Of a stretch of DNA of 24,000 nucleotides, positions 1 through 5,652 are shown piece by piece (the stretch's first letter is position 1; each line of letters begins with the position of its first letter). This stretch comes from Bacillota bacterium (lineage in GTDB: Bacteria; Bacillota; JADQBR01): the NCBI GenBank assembly GCA_016278515.1, contig JADQBR010000112.1:1-24000 (forward strand), given 5' to 3'. The position numbers and the translations under genes were made by a program. A model generated the notes under the pieces. The model was not told the origin of the DNA, made no database searches, and saw only the letters and a program-made list of their open reading frames with translations.

Positions 1-47
1 CGGAATTGATCCGCCATCATGAAACCTTGTTATAATTTAGCGGGAAT

Positions 48-512
48 TCAGGTTATTACCAAAACAACCTTGACAGTGTTAACCTTCCTATTCATTCTTA
101 ATTTGGGATCGTTTACAGTTTTCTTTTCCGTTCCGGCTGGAACCCAACGATAAATGGAATGTAATGTTATAATTTCAGTAAATGCAAAAAAACCTAATAG
201 AGAACTATAGGTTATACCCACCAAGGATAAACGTGCCAAAATTAGTAACATCATTACACCTAGAGCAAGACATCTCATGTAGGTACTCAGATGAGTTCCC
301 CCTGCAAAGTGGCGTATAGGCACAAACGCCAAGAGGACAAAGAAGAGCGGTCTTACAATACCAAACAAGTACGATAGTGCGAACAGAATGATTATTTTCA
401 CTAAAGATCCAAAAACAATCTCTAGTCCATATGCATAAACCCCAACCGCTTCTTCAATCTCAATATTGTTACTAATTGCATGTGCTAGAGCTAACGAGAG
501 CTTTTTGAACAT
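48..512 (-). CDS. agrB: AgrB-family membrane cysteine endopeptidase, which processes AgrD-type autoinducing-peptide precursors
   Basis: Polytopic membrane ORF. The motif IRHFAGGTHLSTYMRC matches the AgrB R-x-x-x-GG-x-H...C signature, with His and Cys 7 residues apart as in S. aureus AgrB H77/C84. I prefer the ATG at 512, preceded by GAGGTGA, over the GTG at 521 used by the ORF track. It lies next to an AgrC-like kinase. Confidence 0.8.
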   Translation of the reverse strand: MFKKLSLALAHAISNNIEIEEAVGVYAYGLEIVFGSLVKIIILFALSYLFGIVRPLFFVLLAFVPIRHFAGGTHLSTYMRCLALGVMMLLILARLSLVGITYSSLLGFFAFTEIITLHSIYRWVPAGTEKKTVNDPKLRMNRKVNTVKVVLVIT

Positions 513-1386
513 TCCCCTCACCTCTCACTGGTATTGAAACGATAAAAGTTGTCTTTTCTTTCAAAATAACCCTAACTTGCCCATCGTACTTACTGACCAA
601 TTTTTTGACCAAGTGCAAACCGTAGCCACGGGCTTCTGACTGTTTTGTTGTATAACCAGCTTCAAATATTTTAGCCACATCTTTTTTAGAAAGCATAGCC
701 CCACTGTTAATAACATAAAAATTGAAAAACCCGTTTTCCTTTTTTACTTCTACTGCCACACGCTTCATACCTTTGAGCTGAAGGACAGCTTCCAACGCAT
801 TATCTACTAAATTACCTAGAATACTGCTTAGCTCCCAAGAGTTAACATGTATAGTAGACAAATCACACTTCACACTAAATGCAAAATCAATTCCTTTACT
901 TTCCGCAACTTTTTGTTTGGTGTTTAGCAAAACCGTTAAGGCAGGATGCCCCACCTGAATAATTTCCTGTAGGTACCAGTATTCTTCAGTCAATTCCTCT
1001 AAATAGTGTTTGGCAGCTGATACTTCGTTAAGGTAGAGCATTGACTGCAAAGTTTGAATATGCCTTGTATGTTCGTGCTTTTGCGACTTTAATAAGGTCA
1101 AGAGTTCCTCAACGTTTTTTAAGTGTTCCTTTAGTAAGCTTATTTCAGTATATTTTTTTGTGTCTTCCTCATGTTTTCTTATGGACAAGATAATTAGTAT
1201 TGTTAAAACAACCACAATTACATCTACATAAGGCAGTAACTCCTCCAAGGCAAAAAAGTTTCTTTCTACGTAAACGTAGTGGTTTAAGATCGTCACTATA
1301 AAAGTCTGTAACAGAACAATTAATATTGCCCAATGATTATTCCTTTTGTTCATCATCCTTGTACTAGCCCAAATCGTATAAGACAA
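472..1386 (-). CDS. AgrC-like (HPK10-type, GHKL) sensor histidine kinase: last two TM helices plus the cytoplasmic kinase module. It probably forms one gene with 1364..1834.
   Basis: H-box region KHEHTRHIQTLQSML, N-box LGNLVDNALEA, and G-box RGYGLHLVKKLV with a TTK nucleotide-lid region. The only start in frame is a TTG with no convincing RBS. The frame is open back to the A6 tract at 1394..1399. Confidence 0.75.
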   Translation of the reverse strand: MSYTIWASTRMMNKRNNHWAILIVLLQTFIVTILNHYVYVERNFFALEELLPYVDVIVVVLTILIILSIRKHEEDTKKYTEISLLKEHLKNVEELLTLLKSQKHEHTRHIQTLQSMLYLNEVSAAKHYLEELTEEYWYLQEIIQVGHPALTVLLNTKQKVAESKGIDFAFSVKCDLSTIHVNSWELSSILGNLVDNALEAVLQLKGMKRVAVEVKKENGFFNFYVINSGAMLSKKDVAKIFEAGYTTKQSEARGYGLHLVKKLVSKYDGQVRVILKEKTTFIVSIPVRGEGNVQKALVSSSTCN

Positions 1387-1834
1387 GATTAAATTTTTTA
1401 TTGATTACGTACATAAGTAACATAATGACTCCTGAAGGAATAAATAAGATAAAATTCCACCAAGGATTAACCTCTGTTATGGATAAATCAACGCCAAATA
1501 TATTAAATAACATGGGCAATGTTAAAAATTGGATTATGCCTAAAATTAAGATTCCCGTTAAAACACAAATAAAGCTTTTCAACAGAGGTACCCGGTATAT
1601 AACGGTAGTTAGCACTGTTAAAACGATTAAAATAATCACCGTGTGCAACCCATACAAAATTGGTAATTCTCTTAAAAAGTAAGTAAAAACAGCATTAAAC
1701 AACGAAATTATAAACAAGTTTTTAGCAGACACTTGGACATTATAAACCTTAAAACCAAGTAAAAGACATAAAAAAGCCTCAGGTACGCTTTCGACCAATG
1801 CAATGTACCAAGGAATAGAATGGACCAATGGCAT
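1364..1834 (-). CDS. Five-TM membrane module, probably the N-terminal sensor domain of the AgrC-like kinase, separated from it by a frameshift
   Basis: 156-aa, almost entirely hydrophobic ORF with a GGGGGAG RBS region before the ATG at 1834. Its 3' end overlaps the kinase ORF by 23 nt. Removing one A from the A6 run (plus-strand T6 at 1394..1399) fuses the two frames into a roughly 460-aa, 7-TM kinase, the architecture expected for AgrC. Confidence 0.6.
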   Translation of the reverse strand: MPLVHSIPWYIALVESVPEAFLCLLLGFKVYNVQVSAKNLFIISLFNAVFTYFLRELPILYGLHTVIILIVLTVLTTVIYRVPLLKSFICVLTGILILGIIQFLTLPMLFNIFGVDLSITEVNPWWNFILFIPSGVIMLLMYVINKKFNLVLYDLG

Positions 1835-1929
1835 CTCCCCCTAAATGTTAGATCAATATTTATTTAAGGATTTTGTTACAATTCTCCTTTTTTTGATTTT
1901 ATTCTTCTTAATATTCGAATTAGCCTTTA

Positions 1930-1966
1930 TTTAGGCATATTTAACCAATTTTAGGACCTATTTGGA
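1930..1966. promoter_or_regulatory. Four phased TTTAGG-like boxes, about 100-130 bp upstream of the agr-like operon start
   Basis: TTTAGG (1930), TTTAAC (1940), TTTAGG (1950) and TTTGGA (1961), with spacings of 10, 10 and 11 bp. The 13-mer ATATTTAACCAAT at 1937..1949 recurs exactly at 2297..2309. Confidence 0.35.
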
Positions 1967-1990
1967 AACAATCGGGTAGGAGGCTACCCA

Positions 1991-2456
1991 TTAGTTGAGT
2001 AGCCAACCTCCTAGCAATTGTTGATAGAGCGACAAGTTCATAGATAAGTATACTAATTCACCCTTAGAACTACTGTCTTGAATGTAATTGTATAAGTTTA
2101 CTAGTAAGTGCTCAAAACCAAAATAATAAAAAGCTGCATGTGTACCAAAACTATGTTGAAAAGTCTTAATTCTTACGCCTCATTTGTTTTTTTAGTCTTT
2201 AGGGCTCTATTAGAAAAGGCCTTTTACTCCTTCCAAATCACCACTACATTCCTCTTAACCATTCGACTTAACATTTAAATTTTCTTTTTAAGCAATATAT
2301 TTAACCAATATATTAGTACATTTAACCATCTGTCCAGTTTAATTCCCATAGCAAACATAAATAATCCCTAATGTCATTCCTCCGGAGAGTATTTTTCACT
2401 TTTTTAATCTGTTTCTTATCCTTAATCGCCCCTATTTCGCTCTTTTTAGCAAACAT
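1991..2456 (-). pseudogene. Decayed small tyrosine recombinase/integrase, with multiple frameshifts and stops
   Basis: Minus-strand translations in shifting frames give IKDKKQIKKVKNTLRRNDIRDYLCLLWELNWTDG*, then VKCTNILVKY, then VVIWKE*K, then FGTHAAFYYFGFEHLLVNLYNY..SSSKGELVYLS. From memory, these line up in order and spacing with a roughly 190-aa Firmicutes integrase family (IRDKKQ...RNYaL..G.NTaLRISDLL.L.W, E.KT.K, THSLRKTFGYH, iYNHSS...T.rYLGI). The catalytic Arg position is lost. Confidence 0.45.
2299..2328. promoter_or_regulatory. Perfect 9-bp direct repeat ATTTAACCA-N12-ATTTAACCA, the LytTR/AgrA-type architecture
   Basis: Identical 9-mers at 2299..2307 and 2320..2328 give a 21-bp period, the 9-bp repeat plus 12-bp spacer geometry described for AgrA-type LytTR regulators. 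The reverse complement TGGTTAAAT shares the GTTAA core of AgrA/PlnC-type boxes. The site lies inside the decayed recombinase remnant. Confidence 0.4.
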
Positions 2457-2790
2457 CTCCTGTATATCATATATTTACAATATTACATTCCTAAACAAGC
2501 CGTTCTTCCACAGTATGGTAATAATGGCCTAACCCCTTGTCCACAGTAGAATTGTGCGCCTCTCTCCAATGTAACAATAGTTTATTATGTTACTTCTATC
2601 TGCAACGAACCAAGTTACCTCAGTTCCTAATGTTAATAGTCAGTACCTGTAATTGTAGAACGAGGCTTCTTTAACAATCCCATCTTATTTACGTATTGCC
2701 GCAAGACTTTGCCCATCTAATATAAAAATTCAAGGGAAATCTTCTAAAATATTCCTAATCCGCGAAAAAAGTTTGATCTGCTCATGATTT

Positions 2791-3250
2791 ATGATATTTA
2801 CTGTCTGCTCGATGTTAATAGTACACAAGCCTTTTGGCCTTAATAAAAGAGCTGCGGGTAATAATACCTTTCCTGGGCCTGTCAATGTTGATGATGATGC
2901 GCCCATTTGCCTTGCGGGTTTGCCCATGCTTAATTGGGACTTTAGTAATGATAGGTGCCACATCAAATGGCGCTGCCCTCTTTATAAGGATAACAGCAAG
3001 TGCCCCCAAAAGCCTAATTGCTCCTCAAGTGATTATGGTCGGGTGGTTTCTCTATACTAAACCTTCTTGGGATCTACGTCTTTTTACGCCTACTCCTCGT
3101 AATTCTAAGGCATGGAAGGATGTTTATGCTAGACGAACTATCGTAGAACGCACCTTTAAGCGTATTCTGGTTGATTATAAAATTGAGCTTGCTAATGCTA
3201 GGACTAAGAAACGTTGGTTTTGGCAGGCAACTTTGGCAGCAATTAATTAG
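2791..3250 (+). pseudogene. DDE transposase C-terminal remnant (IS4/IS5-superfamily-like), frameshifted and lacking its N-terminal part
   Basis: Frame 1 gives ...DDAPICLAGLPM...RCHIKWRCPLYKDNSKCPQKPNCSSSDYGRVVSLY. Frame 2 continues ...DLRLFTPTPRNSKAWKDVYARRTIVERTFKRILVDYKIELANARTKKRWFWQATLAAIN. This Cys-rich CP..G / C....C..S.YGR segment followed by R.(S/I)VER.F.R.K is typical of transposase C-termini. No catalytic N-terminal region is present. Confidence 0.6.
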
Positions 3251-3442
3251 CACTTGGATGCTCAGGTTGCTGTTATTAAGCCGAATATTTTAGAGGAGAT
3301 TCTTGAAAATTTTCTCTAAATCGGCTTAACCCTACACTTTTAATCTAATCATATCCAAATTATTGGGTGGTCTTTTAAGTCTAAAGACACCGGCTTAGTT
3401 TCCTAATGCCTTTTTGCTCAATCTTGTAGGTTCATACTATAC

Positions 3443-3505
3443 ATATTTTAGGTCATATATGTCTATATTTAGGCTATTCGCGGTATTTCAAAGGGTTTCT
3501 ACAAT
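3443..3505 (+). promoter_or_regulatory. Candidate activator-dependent promoter of the rhs operon: two TTTAGG boxes 21 bp apart plus a TACAAT -10
   Basis: ATATTTTAGG (3443..3452) and TATATTTAGG (3464..3473) have TTTAGG cores exactly 21 bp apart. TACAAT at 3500..3505 follows 26 nt after the proximal box. No good -35 is present. The AAAGGAGG RBS and the ATG at 3561 lie downstream. Confidence 0.35.
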
Positions 3506-3560
3506 TTATGAATTAATAGTCCATAGATAAAAGTAAAAAAATATAAAAGGAGGAAAAAAT

Positions 3561-5165
3561 ATGAAAAAAAAATTCTTTATCGTGTCGGTATTAGTGTTTT
3601 TAATAATCGCTTGTATGAGCCCAATAGCCAGTGCTTATGAGAGCAATCTTCTTTTTAGAGAAACTGGGAACGTTTTAGAACTGAGCCCGCAGTATTATAA
3701 GGATAACCATCTATATTTTGTTAGAGCGGGTAATGATTACCCCTTACTTTATAGCTATAACTTAGAAACTAAACTAGCTGAATTGGTTCCTTTAGATATT
3801 TGGACGAATTTTTCAACATACATTCATGTAAAAAATGGTAAAGCATTATATCTAGACTCAAATTGTGAATGGGCGTTGTGGGATTTAAATACTTCACAAA
3901 AACTAGACTTTAGCGCTAGCACTTACTGGGAGTATGGTTTTGTTCAGGACCCCTATCTAACGGAAAATTCGGTAGTGTGGCAAGAACCGGATTTTGATAA
4001 TAATAGGCTTAATGTTTATAGATATGACATTCCGACTGCTACTATAAGCCTTATCTACACAATAGAAAACACAACGCGTGAGGCTGTTACGGATGCTTCA
4101 GATGAATACTTCCTTATTGGTCCAGAAATTATTATTAAGATTGGGGAAAGTGAACCGACGTATACTTTAAATAGTGGAGAAACTTATATCGGGATTAAAA
4201 ACAATAAACTAATATACAGTGATGGAAGTTATTATTTTTACGATTTAATTACTAAGGACAGGGATAAGTTTATTAATAAAGCAGACTTTGAATTGGAAGA
4301 AGCTACATCTTTTACAGTATGGCTTGATGATGATGAAATATATGGCGATTTAGCTACCGCTTTTGTTGAGTACTGGTTGGATTTTTCTCTATTAACTACA
4401 AGACTATATTTATGTAATGTTGAAACAGGCGAAAAGGTACTTCTGGCGGATGACCTTTATTTAAGTGGTCCTAGTTTATATTCCAGCGATAATAAATTCT
4501 TTTACAGTCTAGACTGGTATAATGGAACTATGGATATATATGAAATGACTTTGGCAATCTCAGGCAAAGATGCTGTTAGTGCAATTTCAAAAATAGACCC
4601 CAGTACGCAAGACAAAACCTCTTTAGTAGCTGATCCGGTTGACTCTTCTTCCGGTGCACATATTTTAGAACGAAAAGTTTTGACGGTTCATGGAGCAATG
4701 CCAATTGAGTTTAAGCTAAGATATAACTCTTTACTTCTTGAAGAGGGAGCTTTAGGAAAAGGCTGGGAACATAATTTTGATACAAAGTTAGACCTGTTAT
4801 CAGACAATAATATTGACATTAGATGGTCAGCTAACAGAAAAAATCATTTTTTAAACAACGGGGACGGAACATATTCATCTAAAGATTTATCAACTATAAA
4901 CGATAAGCTAAAGAAAAACCTCGATGGTAGCTATACATTAACCCGTAAGGACCAAAGTTTTTACCATTTTAATGAACAAGGCCAATTACTTGAACAGGGT
5001 AATGGACATGGTCAATCATTAGTGTTTGCTTATGATATTGACGGGCGACTAGTTACAATTACGGAGCCTATCTCCGGACGTTCGTTTATTTTAGAATACG
5101 GCAAAGATAATGGCTTAATCTCAATGGTTACTGATGATTTGAATCGTCAGGTGTCTTTTAATTAA
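3561..5165 (+). CDS. rhs segment 1: signal peptide, N-terminal domain and first YD repeats
   Basis: Frame 3 ORF with a strong RBS (AAAGGAGG). It ends ...TDDLNRQVSFN* in the middle of a YD repeat. The repeat continues in frame 1 as INGNTTTYSYSNGQVRTITDATGN. Confidence 0.8.
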   Translation: MKKKFFIVSVLVFLIIACMSPIASAYESNLLFRETGNVLELSPQYYKDNHLYFVRAGNDYPLLYSYNLETKLAELVPLDIWTNFSTYIHVKNGKALYLDSNCEWALWDLNTSQKLDFSASTYWEYGFVQDPYLTENSVVWQEPDFDNNRLNVYRYDIPTATISLIYTIENTTREAVTDASDEYFLIGPEIIIKIGESEPTYTLNSGETYIGIKNNKLIYSDGSYYFYDLITKDRDKFINKADFELEEATSFTVWLDDDEIYGDLATAFVEYWLDFSLLTTRLYLCNVETGEKVLLADDLYLSGPSLYSSDNKFFYSLDWYNGTMDIYEMTLAISGKDAVSAISKIDPSTQDKTSLVADPVDSSSGAHILERKVLTVHGAMPIEFKLRYNSLLLEEGALGKGWEHNFDTKLDLLSDNNIDIRWSANRKNHFLNNGDGTYSSKDLSTINDKLKKNLDGSYTLTRKDQSFYHFNEQGQLLEQGNGHGQSLVFAYDIDGRLVTITEPISGRSFILEYGKDNGLISMVTDDLNRQVSFN

Positions 5166-5652
5166 TGGTAATACAACAACATATTCCTATAGTAATGGAC
5201 AGGTCAGAACTATTACGGATGCTACAGGCAACACTACAACTTACGAGTATGATGCAGTCGGACGGTTAGTGTCTATTACTGATGATGCTGGAAAAACAAA
5301 TACTATTGCTTATGATAATGTCGATAACATAATTAGTAAAACTGATCCTTTGGGAAATTCAACAAGCCATACCTATGATAGCAGGGGAAACAAACTTACT
5401 GAAACTGACCCCAAGGGAAATATAACTACTTTCACCTATACCAACAATGGAAAGTTAACGACTAAAACAGATGCCCTAAATAACAAGATTACGTACATGT
5501 ACGACGGCGAAGATAATTTGGTTAGTATTACAGATGCCAAAGGTAATATAACTACCTATAACTTTGATGCAAAAGGCAGGTTAATAGGAATAACAGATCC
5601 ACTTGGTAATACTACAACGTATCAATATGATTTAATGGATAACAGGATTTGA
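5143..5652 (+). CDS. rhs segment 2: YD repeats with no independent start signal
   Basis: Frame 1 is open from 5143. The track's GTG at 5269 lies inside a repeat. The segment ends at TGA 5650..5652, at a repeat position that is Ser/Thr in neighbouring repeats (NIISKTD, NKLTETD, NLVSITD versus NRI*IID). Confidence 0.7.
   Translation: MVRCLLINGNTTTYSYSNGQVRTITDATGNTTTYEYDAVGRLVSITDDAGKTNTIAYDNVDNIISKTDPLGNSTSHTYDSRGNKLTETDPKGNITTFTYTNNGKLTTKTDALNNKITYMYDGEDNLVSITDAKGNITTYNFDAKGRLIGITDPLGNTTTYQYDLMDNRI

Noticed and set aside
1-20. Possible agrD start (minus strand ATGATGGCGGATCAATTCCG..., 27 nt after the agrB stop)
   Set aside because: Only about 6 codons are visible, the RBS is weak (AAGG), and MMADQF does not look like a typical AgrD amphipathic leader. 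It cannot be evaluated within this window, so it is noted but not called.
1401-1682. 93-aa plus-strand ORF
   Set aside because: It is antisense to the hydrophobic sensor-module ORF. It is Lys/Asn/Ile-rich, as expected from reading an AT-rich gene backwards, and has no RBS.
1975-2016. Hairpin TAGGAGG-CTAC...GTAG-CCAA-CCTCCTA as a terminator or sRNA
   Set aside because: No U-tract follows on either strand, and it overlaps the 3' end of the decayed recombinase frame. It is kept only as a note.
2730-3009. Minus-strand ORFs 2730..2966 and 2815..3009
   Set aside because: They are antisense shadows of the transposase remnant, with no start signals and no recognisable homology.
5650-5652. In-frame TGA in rhs as selenocysteine or programmed readthrough
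   Set aside because: There is no SECIS-like GC-rich hairpin immediately downstream. The codon aligns with Ser/Thr of neighbouring YD repeats, so a simple TCA-to-TGA nonsense change explains it, and the same gene also carries a frameshift.
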